From Euprymna scolopes (taxonomy: Eukaryota): a DNA stretch of 64,000 nt. The DNA is taken from assembly GCA_053919585.1 (NCBI GenBank), contig CM132807.1; one strand, given 5' to 3'. The translations under genes and the position numbers were made by a program. Positions 12,150-24,723 of the stretch are shown in pieces. Numbering within the stretch: position 1 is the stretch's first letter; the number at the start of each line of letters is the position of its first letter. The notes beneath the pieces are model-generated. The model saw only the letters and a program-made list of their open reading frames with translations. It was not told where the DNA came from and did no database searches.

Positions 12150-14490
12150 ATTGCCATACGAGGGAAGTAAGTTTTTTTTTTCTCTAGTGTTGATACTATA
12201 AGAAAAGTAAATCAACAAATTGTATTCTTTCTGAAAAAGCACATTTTGTCATATTAAGTAATTCTGAATCTTACAAAAAAACAAAATAGACGATTTTGCA
12301 AAACATATGTAAGAAATGGTGAAATTCAAAGAAAGTCAACAATTATAACTTGAAAGAAGGTTCCGAGTGGAAAAATTTACAATACAGAAACAAAATGACG
12401 AGAAGTAACTGACAATAAAATACAGTTGAATCAGAAGTAGTTAAATAGAACGAAATATTTCCAGGAAAAACAAGAAAGAGAAAAGAAAGAAATGAAGGAA
12501 AAATATTGGAATCGAAAGAATTACAGTTAGATCAACAAAACCAGACAGATAAAAATCGATTTGATAACGCAAGTTTTAATGAATAACGACAACGGAAAAG
12601 AAACCAACACGGCTTTTCCCCCAAAATGTGATCTGGTCAAGTATTGATACATTTCACTATGCTCTTGAGGATGACTTTACATTTGAGTCATATTTCAGAA
12701 GATTTGAAGAATATTTATTTTATTTCGGTTCATGGCCAAATCAAAAGAAGGGCCGTTTATTGTTACGGAAGTTAGGTGCATCTGCACATAACACATTCGT
12801 GGGCGATGTTTTACTAGGAAAACCCAACGAATTGTCGTTTGACGAGGCAGTCAAACTGTTAATGGTGTTATACTGTCCAAAGCAAGCCTTTTCCATTAAA
12901 GATAGAAGTGCATTAATCTTACACATGAGGAGCGTCTGGACTATACGACATTTTCGTCTATAGTTAATAAGCACTGTGATGATTCCAAGTAATCGTCATT
13001 AACTGCGGACAATTTCAAATGCCTAATATTCACACAAGATAGCGAAAAAAGAGGCTGCTATAAGGTATTGGAACTTAAACCTAGTTTGACGCTTCAGATA
13101 CTGGCTGAAGATTGTCAGCCGTTCCTGGCAATAAAGAAAGATTCCAGAAACATAGCCAAAGCATATATCGCTCACATTAAAAAGATATGATTTAACAATA
13201 AAGGACACCCGCCTGCCAGGAATTTCCAACCAAGAAACAAAAAGAACACTTCACAAAATTATCAGGATAGACAAACCCCTAGGATCCCTAATGTGGGGGA
13301 CGTCATGAGTACATTTCATGTCAGTGCCAAAGGAAAATGCTGTGTGACCTATGCGAGAAAGCAGGGCACAGGCTTCATATTGCAGAGTAAATGTAGCAAA
13401 AATAGCTATATAAAAACTGCAAAAATGAACCTTTCACTAACATAAGAAAATATGTAAAGGCGAGAATCAGAAATAGAGAAGTGAAACTGCAACTCGATTC
13501 AGAATCGGATTTATCGATCACCAATTTTCACACAGTATAGAGGATAGTTATTAATGTGTCACTAAAAAGAACGACAAAAAAGCGTAAAGTGTTCGTTCTA
13601 AGGAACACAATAAATTTATTCGGGAATTATTGAATTCAAGAATTTGAATTATGGAACTCGCCAATGAGTGATTTTTGTCACAAAGTCTAAAACATAACGG
13701 CCGAAGATGACAAACTCAAAAAAGATCTCCAGGTGTTTTCTTTTGTGAAAAGCTTAGATGGTACACAAAAAAAACGAGATCCGAATTGCTGGACGAAGCA
13801 AAACTAATATTCATAAAGCCACGGAGCGTACCGTTCGTTCCGAGGGAAAATATTGAAGAAGAAGAATTTGAGAAAATTGTTTACACTGGGATGTTGCCCA
13901 TAATTAATTATAGTGAGTGTGCAGCCCCTACAGGATACGTGGAAATAATTCTAAAAAGATTAGAGTATGCGCGGATTTCTCTATCAGATTGAATATCTGG
14001 GTCATATTGTTGAGAGTAAATCCGATCCGGATAGGACCCCAGCAATAAAAGACATGCAAGAGCCTCATTGAAGAGTTTTTAGGCTTGCGAACTACTATCA
14101 AACGTTCATTTAGAACATGCATTAATTGTGTGCGTTATTGTACTATAAAAAGACCAAAATGGGATTGGATGCCTGAGTGGCAGTACAACGTTTTAGAAGT
14201 TAAACGTCAAATATGTCGCTGACTCACTTCAATCGGAACAAAAGATTATTGTCGCAACCGACGCAATGTCCTATTGGATCGGGACATGCAGGGCAATCAT
14301 TCTACTTAAGACGCCGGATGGGTCCAATAAGCCGTTCGCCCATGCGTCGAGAACATTACTGTTTGCCGAGAAGAATTACTTTCAAATCGAAAATGAAGCT
14401 CTGGGGATCATATTGAGGGTTAAAAATTCCACCGATTTTTACATGACCGTAAATTCAAATAACGAACTGACCATACGTATCTTATAATAT
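12150..14490 (+). mobile_element. Ty3/gypsy (Mag-like) LTR retrotransposon remnant: gag, protease, partial RT, RNase H
   Basis: Gag FTFESYFRRFEE...RLLLRKLG...PNELSFDEAVKLL (12628-12963); protease VKLQLDSESDLSI (about 13480-13520); KPRSVPF (13786 ORF); RNase [29 protein letters not shown] (14266 ORF). Confidence 0.85.
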
Positions 14491-15474
14491 GTCTAATTAG
14501 TGTAAATAATTCATAAAAACTGATTTGTCTTATTTTGTGCAAGTATTGTTGGAATGTTTTTAAACGGTAATACATTAATTTTCAAAGATCACACAATTCA
14601 GTAGCGTACAATGTATAGTTTGTGTTTACTTTCGACAGTCTCTTCACTATCAAATCCATTATTCATTTTACTAACACATTTAGTTAGCGATGTTTCTGAC
14701 AAAAAGGGGAAAAAAGTGCAGTTTTTCAGTTGAAAACTCATCAATCTAATATTATTTCAGACTTTGAATATTTAAGATCAGTGCTTGACATGAAGTTATG
14801 CTTGTCTTGAGCGATTCTCATACTAGGAAATTTCTGTTCAATATTACTGAGTATATCAATTTAATTTTGTCGCCTAAAATTCTTTTTCGTAAGTGAAACT
14901 CACTTACACATTAATGAATACCGTTATTGTTCATGGAAATAGGATCTTAATCCTTTCTTTCTTTTTAATCAGTAAAACTCACACATCCGTTCGTTAATCC
15001 TAAAGCTCAATGAATAGTACATTAACTAGCGCCGTCTGTGGAAATTCTACAAGGAGCTCAGAAATGTTTAGCGTAAATGGAAACGCTTTGATATTATTAT
15101 AGCTCTTTTGTTTAAACTGCAAAAAATATTTATGTAAGTTAACAAGGACGCCTGGTGTAGCTCGGTCGTAAAGTCCGTTTAAATATATTTTAATTCTAAA
15201 ATGCTTTCTCTCAGTTGCGACATTACACAAATCCATTATTTTTGCAGTACGATATTGATTGTAAGAAAATAAACTTGAATTGTAGTGAATATTCAGCATA
15301 TTGCCCGGTAGACAACGTTCTCAGTAAGTTATTGTTTATCTTACTGGTTATTGGTCGGTTGTTTTTGTTTTACGGCATATCAACCCTTTTCAGATATATT
15401 AATATCGAATCCAGTGATTTTGAAATAAAATATTTAATATTATATATTTTTTCAAGTCGGTTTCCATTTACACC

Positions 15475-15610
15475 ATATGTGGGACCTTAACAGGTACTAC
15501 CACTCCGGGTCAGAGTTGACCTAGGAGCAATGGTTCCAACTCCCCAAAGCCCGCAAGCTGGGGCCTCACGATCGGATATAGTTTAAGGTGTTATCCAGGA
15601 CTATCCTACT
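15475..15610. repeat. GC-rich short interspersed repeat fragment (SINE-like or LINE UTR-like)
   Basis: Abrupt GC-rich block gggaccttaacaggtactaccactccgggtcagagttgacctaggag containing a hairpin, in an AT-rich background; family not determined. Confidence 0.35.
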
Positions 15611-16453
15611 CGTAATGTAAAATATTTATTTACTCGAGAATAAAACATTATTTCATTTGAAAATCTTTTATATTTGTGCCAAAAAACAATCACAGTATTT
15701 AATATATTTCTCATGAAACTCATATGTAATGTTCCTACGCTACATTCTTCACCCGTAACTGCCCTTATTAGGTTAAATTTTTACCTTGTGTCTTTCCGGA
15801 AAAACGGTCGAATTACCCTTATAAACCTTGTCCAAAATTAATTTGTTAAATCTACTTACATATAGTGCATATTAGTATAGAATAACTAACTGGCAAATAT
15901 TCCATATTGTCAAAAAATATTGGTTGTCGTATGACAAGAGCTATATCGAGTAGAAGCTCTGGAATTTGGAAGGAAATGGATAACATTATTTTAAAACACA
16001 ATACTGATAAAAAGATAAATGTCTCACTCAAAGTGACAGCAAAGCTAAACAATCCTCTGGATAATTTGCTGGTTGTATATTTTCGCAGCACAGAAAAAAT
16101 TATAGCGAAGAGTATTTAAAACTTTTCAAGAAAAAAAGTTCATCATTTGCTCCAGAAACTGTTTTCATAATGATAACGCTCATATTTTTACGGTATGATT
16201 GAACAAAGAACATTCAAGTAGATAGATTAGTAAATGTTATTTAACATCTGTTGTCTATTGAAAAGACAGGCCTATATTATCCTTCACAAATGAGACACAC
16301 CCCTTTTAAAAACATTCCAGGGTTATATTGATCTATATTACTTCTAATTCAGTCACCTATTGATGCAAAAATGAGATGCACCCTATTAAAAATGTTAAGG
16401 TTTTTCATTGTGTTTTTCTAACTTCTGTATATATATAAAATATAAAATATATT

Positions 16454-16514
16454 TTAGTCATCGACATACAGACCTGTTTCGTTGTTTCACAACTCATCAG
16501 TGCCGCTAGACTAA
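16454..16514 (-). ncRNA. Type I hammerhead ribozyme, copy 1
   Basis: Minus strand: UUAGUCUAG-CGGCA CUGAUGA GUUG-ugaaa-CAAC GAAA CA-gguc-UG UA^ UGUCG-AU-GACUAA. Core CUGAUGA/GAAA intact, 4-bp stem II, short stem III, GUA cleavage triplet, stem I CGGCA/UGUCG extended by UUAGUC/GACUAA. Confidence 0.88.
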
Positions 16515-16519
16515 CACCT

Positions 16520-16590
16520 CTCCCAAGCCGAGGATCGAACCTAGAACCGTGGTGATGACAGTCGGCAGTCCTACCCTCTGACTACGGAAT
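16520..16590 (-). promoter_or_regulatory. tRNA(Asp)-derived Pol III internal promoter (A and B boxes), copy 1
   Basis: Minus strand: A-box-like TAGTCAGAGGG with D-stem GTC/GAC, anticodon-loop-like CTGTCAT, B box GGTTCGATCC, 3' end GGGAG as in tRNA-Asp. Acceptor and anticodon stems are decayed. Confidence 0.7.
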
Positions 16591-16774
16591 CGGTGGCCGA
16601 AATTAAACTGTCCGAATGTCTATTTAAATAAACATCCGTCCGCCACTCGTAGAGGGCTCAAACGTTTGTTTGTAAACAGACCGCGAGCTTCGCATTATTT
16701 CAGCTAAATTAAGTAGCGAGTAAGATAATTTACGATAGTGCTCTACCGAAGAGGGGAGCTTTATAAAATATATT

Positions 16775-16835
16775 TTAGTCATCGACATACAGACCTGTTT
16801 CGTTGTTTCACAACTCATCAGTGCCGCTAGACTAA
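16775..16835 (-). ncRNA. Type I hammerhead ribozyme, copy 2
   Basis: Sequence identical to 16454-16514. Confidence 0.88.
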
Positions 16836-16840
16836 CACCT

Positions 16841-16911
16841 CTCCCAAGCCGAGGATCGAACCTAGAACCGTGGTGATGACAGTCGGCAGTCCTACCCCCT
16901 GACTACGGAAT
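16841..16911 (-). promoter_or_regulatory. tRNA(Asp)-derived Pol III internal promoter, copy 2
   Basis: Same as 16520-16590 with one substitution in the D-loop region. Confidence 0.7.
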
Positions 16912-17389
16912 CGGTGGCCGAAATTAAACTGTCCGAATGTCTATTTAAATAAATATCCGTCCGCCACTCGTAGAGGGCTCAAACGTTTGTTTGTAAACAA
17001 ACCGCGAGCTTCGCATGATTTCAGCTAAATTAAGTAGCGAGTAAGATAATTTACGATAGTGCTCTACCGAAGAGAGGTCGATTGTTCACTTTTCTCAGAA
17101 TAATGTAAAATAGCACTAACCGAAAGTTGTTGCTGGACTTATAAAGTGTTCATGCAAAAATTTAGATCAAATGCTTGAGAATTTTTTTAAATGTTTTGTA
17201 TCAAAGTCGTAGACAAAAATATGCTGAAAATGGTTCGTGTTTGAAAGGCTTTTCTTGAGCATTCCTGAGAATACTAAGAAATTTCAATATTTCAAATCAC
17301 ATAATATCCATATAACAAAGCATAAATAATCTTCAAATTGTAAATCTGCACCGCCCCCTTTTATTTTATTTTTTACTTTGAGAATCACC

Positions 17390-18250
17390 ACATATCAAGG
17401 CTGTGTGGCAACTCTAGGATAAGTAAATATTCTGCATTCTGTCAAGAAAGGAAAATGTATTTTAGCTTCATCCCAGATGTGGCAGGAGTACTCCCTTTTA
17501 GAACAAAATTGTTGTTTGTACAGAAAGAGGATCGCGGCAGGAATGAGATATATTCTGGGGTGGTTAGGAATCTGATATAGGTATTTCATTTCAGATTCAG
17601 GGTAAAAATGAGTCAAAACAGGGGCTTTATCGAGGCAAGTGATGTTCATTTCAATTGGGGTAAACTGGGTATATAAGCATTAGTGGTGAACAGATAGTTG
17701 TTTAATTATGGATGTATTAAAGCTGGCCAACCATTCCTTATCTCATTATAGCACACGTTTAAGGTCAGAGGAGAGAGAATTAGAACACTTCTGATCTTTG
17801 TCGGCTTTTGTAGTGTTGCCATAGATGGTAGTATTGTCTGCATAGCTTCGACAAATGATCGAAGAATATGATTTGTGAGGTCCTTGATAAATATAAGGAA
17901 GAGAGTTGGGACCAATATCGATGCTTGGGGCATGCCAGTATTAATACTGTGACTTATTTCTGCCCATTAACGACAACTTTAATTGACTTATTAGAGCGAA
18001 AGTATTTAATCCTGAGAGGACTTTCTAGCTATTCAATAGCAAGAGATTTTATGAAGCAAACCTTTGTGCCAGACCCTATCAAATGCCTTATATATGCTAA
18101 GAGCTACCGCTTTGGAAATTAAATCTTTGTTAATAAATACACTGATTCTGTGTGATATCACAATTAGCTGTTGATCTCTCAGAGCGGAAACCATATTGCA
18201 TGTCAGTGAAAAGGTTATTTTTGTTGAGATGATTGACAAGTTCTTTAATT
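17390..18250 (-). mobile_element. CR1-like LINE RT fragment
   Basis: QYGFRSERSTA, AVALSIYKAFDRVWHKGLLHKI, PQASILVPTLFLIFI and EYSCHIW in the minus ORFs 18130-18360, 18033-18239, 17706-17933 and 17395-17649; homologous to 44423-45211. Confidence 0.9.
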
Positions 18251-18399
18251 ATTATAGTCGCATTAGCAAACCTTCTTTTCATGTTATGAATAAAGCAGTA
18301 ATATTTCAATATCTTAAAATTGATTTTTCTGTTATAAGTGAAAATGCAACAAACAAACAAATAAGGAAAAGGCGAAACATAGAGTCAAATCGCTCGATA

Positions 18400-20180
18400 T
18401 AAGAACCCATAGACAAATATGACGGTCTCAGTTTCAGACTCAAAACTTTGGCTGTGATGTGTCGATGTCTTCATTGAAAACCGTATACAGTTTGTAGTGC
18501 TTCCATTGTTAATACGCCCTAAGAATGTGAGCGCAAATCTGACAAGTCAAGATTCTTCCCATTAAATAATGATTCTCGAAGTTCAGAATCAGAAAAAATA
18601 TTCCGTCATTGGTGGTCCAAAAATACCAAACAATGTCAAATCTATTATTTCCAATGAGTTGCATTAAAATTAATATTTGGTACTCTTTTTAATCGTTTCT
18701 TGGTTGACTTCCCACTCCTGAAAGAATATAAAAGTTAATTAAATATTAAAAAAGGTCAACGGGTACTCTTCAATAATTATGGTGAAATTAGATAAAATCT
18801 TAAAAATGGGAATAAATTATTGTGTCATTGATAAATGAATAAATGTTTACTTACTCAATGCCCAAAATTATTTTTAAAGCTTCTTCTCTCACTTCAATTT
18901 CCTCATATTTGACAACTGAATATAGAATGTTTTCAGGCAGTAAACAAAATGCATTATCCTGTATATTTTAATGTTATCTACTGGATTTCATGAGGTTGCA
19001 CCTTAATCCTCTGGATCATATTAAAAATGTGCAATTGCTGATTGTGGAATTTACTTTTTTTTAATTTCAAACAAACAACTGGCATATACATTTACAATAA
19101 CATTTATTAACCTCTGGAGTTTTGTTGTTAACCTTTGTGTGTATGCACCACATAAAATTTGCCTGGTTTAAAGAACCAAATTTCCACGAAGCATATCTAG
19201 TCAACCTTACCTCTAGAAACACCTACTGTGTATTCTTTGGTCATAACTGAGGTTATTCATTTCATCAATTTTCAAAATTGAATCCAGAGGACTGCTAATG
19301 GTTGAAAATTATATTTGAGATCAACTATGATCATGATTTGAGCATAATTTCCCGAGGGGAGCTGAATGCTGTAGGGCCTTTTGCACAACCATTCATGTTT
19401 TTAAAAAGAGCATTGAAAGGTCGTTAATTATGATGCAAAGAGCAAACAATTGTATGAACATTAAACAATTCTTTTCTAAAATTGCAACCATTCCACCCTC
19501 ACAACCGCTGTTGGCATTAGTGTTGTCAACAATGATAGCCTTGATATATTTTTAACTGTTGCATTCATGCAAAACACCTATCATTGCTCTGCATGAACAC
19601 CACCTGTTAGGAAGATCTCTGTGTCAGATATATACTTTCATATGCCGTCTCTATTGTAAAAGTTAAATTGTGTTCTGATCCCTTAGTTCTTTATAGTTTT
19701 TTCTGTCCATTTTTCTCCACAATTTCTTTCTTTTTTGCCCTGTCAACTTTACAATAATAATAATATTGCTTATACTAATATTGAGTATAAATATAAGAAG
19801 ACTCAGAGCTTGCAAATCCAAGAGCAAGGCATTGGCAAGGCTGGCTCCGAGATTAGAAGATATGCCTCATCCCTGGTTAACCCAAAGTCATATCTGGGAA
19901 ATTTTATATGGCTATAAGGCCGTTTTAGATGCCTCTTTGGGTGCGAAAATTCTTCTTTTGGTTCTTCACTTTGGGAAGATGAGGAAAAGGGGTCGAAATA
20001 TTTCTCTGGGGATTTGAAGTTGAAGATGTTGGTTTTGAATGTACATTTTTATTAACCCCTCTCGTTCCTTTTTACTTTTTTTCACAGCACCGTTATCAGC
20101 TTGACCAAGCTGAAAATACCTTTCGGACCTATTTTGCTCCTCTGATCCTTTAGGTATTTTCGGTCCTCAACTGGAGCCTG
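18400..20180 (-). mobile_element. Decayed DNA transposon transposase, Sola2-like
   Basis: Frameshifted minus-strand peptides IKAIIVDNTNANSGCEGGMVAILEK, KGPTAFS, NLSYDQ, VNVYASCLFEIKK, DNAFCLLPENILY and EALQTVYG..RHRHITAKVLS follow the motif order I associate with Sola2-type transposases. TIRs not defined. Confidence 0.55.
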
Positions 20181-20662
20181 AAAAATCAGATTTTACTTAT
20201 ATTTAAATATATCTAAACAAATAAATATTAAATTAGTTTGCATTAAAATGTGGAAATTGGTTTGGATATAAGGTTATCTCACAAACACGTAGGAAAAATT
20301 AAAAATAACTTATCTTTTGTTGAAGAGGACAGGTGCAAATAATGTGCTTAATCTTGTAATTTTTTATTGCATTTTACGTGAGGGTCGTTACAAATTAAAA
20401 CTGGCATATTGCAAGAAAAAGACGAAATATCAAATAGTGAATCTAGTTTTAGTATACATAATTTCTTTTGGAAAGCGGCGAAAGAGATTTTCTATTCATT
20501 TGTTATATAGGATATAGTATTACAATAATTAATACTGAAAATGTAACTGAAATGTTACTCATTATTATGTACAATACAAACTTCCGGAATTTAAAAGAAA
20601 GACGAAACTATCTTCCTTCTTAAGAAGTCTGAAGACAACAAACATACTAAACATCTAATATT

Positions 20663-20711
<49 letters not shown>

Positions 20712-21129
20712 TTGTATCTACTAAAAACATTACAGAATACTCCATAACTTATATATTTCATGTCATACATGTACTTCAAATAAAATGATGTTACTTTGAA
20801 CTATAGTGAGCATCTTATCTTTCTGTCGTCTTAAATACTCAGAGAGTGGGCACCAAATTTAATTCCTAATATAAATTTAATCATACTTTATCATATTATC
20901 CTACTCCTAAACTATTAATAAAAACTATATCTAAACCATACATTAGCTCCACTTTCTCTCTCTCTCTCTCTGTGGCTCTCTCTCTCAAACTTATCCTGTT
21001 ACAAATTTAGTTGCTTCCACCGCATGAATTCTTACTTATCCTCTTTTCCATTAACAATGAAAATGAAAAGCATCGTAATGCCCTTTTTAGCACTCCGAGG
21101 AGTGTAACTTTTCCATAGGTATATAACCT

Positions 21130-24100
21130 ACTAGATAATCGATTCACATTAACAACCCATGCGGGGTCACAGAATACCTGGTTTATGACCCAGCCCCGAG
21201 ACGAACCCTTTCGATTCTGATGGATCCGTAGATCTTTCCAGGTTATCCGTCTAGAAGAGGGAAAACTCTGAAGCTTAACCTAGGAGAGGGAGACCTCTTA
21301 ATTCCCGCACGACAACCTTCCTAGGGTCGTTGACTCAAACAAATTACCGATTGGCAAACCTAAACTGCTTAACGGGGAGATATCCACTGTCTATCGCACG
21401 ACTTTCATACTCCTGATTTGCCTATTAGCCAGGCGCATAGGTGCTATCACAGGACGCGACAGAATCACCTAATAGTTGACCTTGTTTTCTGACTAGGGCA
21501 ATGAATGTCGTTTTCCCCACTCCCGCCAAATCCCATTCCCCTAAACTGGACACTGCTTCAGAACCATATATGCTGGTACAGTAAAAGTGGGGTGAATGTT
21601 CCCTGATGGGTTGAGGATACCGGATTGACAGTTCCTGGCTGCTGTTTTTGACGGATAGTTCAGACACCCTAACTCTTTGGTAGCGCTTAAAGTGGTTGTT
21701 CCATACACAGTTGGTAACATGGGGATGTCTGTAGTGCCATGTCGCTCATTGAAAGGGACCCTGCAGTCATCACTGGTGGGGTTTCCTGAGGCCACAAACC
21801 TATAGGTATGGAGACAGCTGATAGTCTCTTTATATTACATTTTTGATATTCTGCACAACCACTTGTGCAGTATCCCTCCCTCGCCCTAACTAAAACTTTA
21901 AATTAAATAAAGTGAAATGACAGTTAGATATAATTTACGTTTAAACCAGGAGGAAACTCAAAGAAAACCCATCTTCCTCCTCACTTGTCGCTGGCATTTA
22001 CGAATATCCCCGGGCTTAGAACTAAATTAGATTATGTTGAATCATTTCTCCTAGTAAACACCCCGGATATATTCGCATTAAGTAAAACTAACCTACATTC
22101 CTCCATTCCTTGTAACCATTTTAACATGCCTGATTATCTCCCACTCTGCCGTAAGAACTCATGCACAGTGCTATATTCATAACACCCCTCTGACTAGAGA
22201 AATAAAACTAGAATCAGACGACCAGGGCCTTTATGTGCTTAAGACTAAACATAATATTCGCTACCTCTATTTTCTCTACCGCTTCCCTTCAACCAGGACT
22301 ATACTCTAATAAACTAAGTAGCTAACAGCATGGATATAGCACCCTCCCTCGATATTAGCGCACAAGTATATGTATTTGGTGACTACAATGTCCACCATAG
22401 TAACTGGCTTGTATTCTCCACTTACACAGACGTAGCTGGTAGCACAACAAATAGTTACCTTATATCTCATTCCCTATCACAGACGCTTAAATTTCCGACA
22501 CGTTTCCCAAACCAACAAGAGCAACATGCTTCACTTTTAGATCTATTTCTGACTACAGTTCCAGATAATTGTATAACAGATGCCTTACAGCCCACTCGGG
22601 AATGCTGATCACGCTGCGATAATTGTAGAAATCGCCCTTTATTCTCAACCCAAAACTGAAGACCTACTGCTCAAAACAACGAGGTATTACCAAAAGGCTG
22701 ACTATGAAGCCATCAGAAATCTCAGCAGAGATACCCCATTGGGAAATATATTTTCTCTTCCAGCTGAACAGTGTGCAAATGAGACAACTGAATAGTTCCA
22801 AACTATAATTTAAGCATATTCCCACACGGAAATAGCAAACCTCACTCTCCCCAATTATTTACTTTTTACTTGTGCAGCTGTCATTGCTCAAAAGTAGAAT
22901 GCGTACCGACATAATTAAGTTCAAACAGACAGAATTATATAGAAGCAAGAAGTAATTGTAAGAAAGAGAGAGAGATACCGACAGCTTAAACGGAATACAC
23001 TGAAACCATCAGAAAACGCATCGAAACACAGGAACCCGCCAGTGTAGTAAACAATGGTCAGTCAAGGATTCCCCCACAATCAAACAAACATGAGATTGTC
23101 AGCACGGCAACCGAGAAGGCTAACCTGCTTGTGAGTAGGTTTGCCTCAAACTCCACATTAGACCATGCGCACCATTTCCTCCCGGATTTTCTTTTAAGGA
23201 CAGAAATATGGTATAATAAAAAACCAAGAAAGCTCAAAAGGATGTAGATCCGATCTCATCCCGGCTGTGCTATTAAAAAATGCTCCGCTTAGGAAGCTCC
23301 ATTTACAAAGTGTACAACAAATGCGTTAACGAATCTTGCTTTCTTGACTGCTAGAACACCGCTTCTGTGGCACCAATATTCAAGAATTCTGGTTAAAGAA
23401 CTGACCCATTAGCCTTCTCCCACTTTTCGCCAAAATATTTTAGTACTTAATTACTCAACTAGTCCATCACTTTGCAGCTGCTAAACTTCTGACCGACAAT
23501 CAGTATTGATTTAGGCAAGCCCGTTCCGCAGCAAATACTCTAACTGTAATCTCTGAACGTATATATCGTTCACTGGGCAAAATAGGAGTGGGTACAGCGG
23601 TAGCCCCCGATATATCTAAGGCTTTTGACAGGGTATGGCACGATGGTCTTCTAAGGAAATTAGATCATATGCTATCACTGAAAGAAAACATAATGTAATT
23701 AAAACCTTCTTAAGTAAGAGAAAATCAGGTTGTCCTCGACGGTCGTACATCTAAACAATATACCTCAGGGGGTCGATCCTTGGACCTTTATTATTCTTAA
23801 TATTCACAGGCGACATCCCTGATAAAATTGTTTCTGAGATGAGTATATTAGCTGATGACACTACTCTCTATAACAAACACGAGTGGAAAACAAATGAACG
23901 CATATCTAAGAAAATGACAGAAACACAAGAGGATGACCTCCAATCTGTAGTGGAATGGGGGAAAAATGGATGGTAAGATTCAATGCTTCCAAGACTAAGT
24001 TTTTTTTTCCATCAATAATTTCAAGAAACGTTCGCTACTACGAATAGCAATGGCCAAGAACATTACCCGAAAGTATTTTCTTTAAACTCCTCGGCCTCAC

Positions 24101-24385
24101 GTTTACAGGTAACATGAATTGAATTTGATACAGCTAAATCACCCCCCTTCACAGTAGAGATCCCTAGGTGTAAAAAATATTTCTACTCCAATGATTTCTT
24201 CCCTAGAACTGCTAGACTTTGGAACCCCACTTCAGAGAGTCTGCGTTTCCAACGGTACTGACATGCAGAAGTTCAAATGTAATATGAACATACATCTTGC
24301 TACGAATTTCCCTTCATAATACCTCTGCAACTTATATTACCGATAGCAGCCCCTACTTCAAAGTGGCACTGTGCCTTGTTTGGGA
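21130..24385 (+). mobile_element. Near full-length decayed CR1-like LINE (APE and RT) with a GC-rich upstream region
   Basis: Endonuclease FTNIPGLRTKLDYVE...FALSKTNL, VFGDYNVHH, LLDLFLT, PLGNADH (ORFs 21985-22795); RT DISKAFDRVWHDGLL (about 23610), GSILGPLLFLIF, ADDTTL (about 23850); the 3' UTR is cut by an N-gap. Confidence 0.88.
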
Positions 24386-24664
24386 NNNNNNNNNNNNNNN
24401 NNNNNNNNNNNNNNNNNNNNNNNNNNNNNNNNNNNNNNNNNNNNNNNNNNNNNNNNNNNNNNNNNNNNNNNNNNNNNNNNNNNNNNNNNNNNNNNNNNNN
24501 NNNNNNNNNNNNNTCTTGCTACGATGTGCAGATCGTTTCAATCATATTTGATATCATAAGCCAAGAAAAATTAAGGTACTAAAACTAAAAAAGTTTAACA
24601 CCTTTTAAAATTTTAAAGACCGTGAATTCGCAATGAATGGCGATTGAGGAAGTTTAAGTTCTTA

Positions 24665-24723
<59 letters not shown>

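Larger units (their letters stand above)
16441..17077 (-). mobile_element. Tandem dimer of a 321-bp unit containing a tRNA-derived head and a hammerhead ribozyme (retrozyme-like)
   Basis: Copy 1 is 16441-16761 and copy 2 is 16762 to about 17077; constant offset of 321 bp and about 5 substitutions between copies. Confidence 0.9.

Noticed and set aside
16520-16590. Functional tRNA-Asp gene
   Set aside because: The anticodon and acceptor stems do not pair; only the D-stem and the A/B boxes remain, so it is treated as a tRNA-derived promoter.
16624-16818. 64-aa ORF across the tandem-unit junction
   Set aside because: No recognisable motifs; it overlaps the ribozyme and is most likely incidental.
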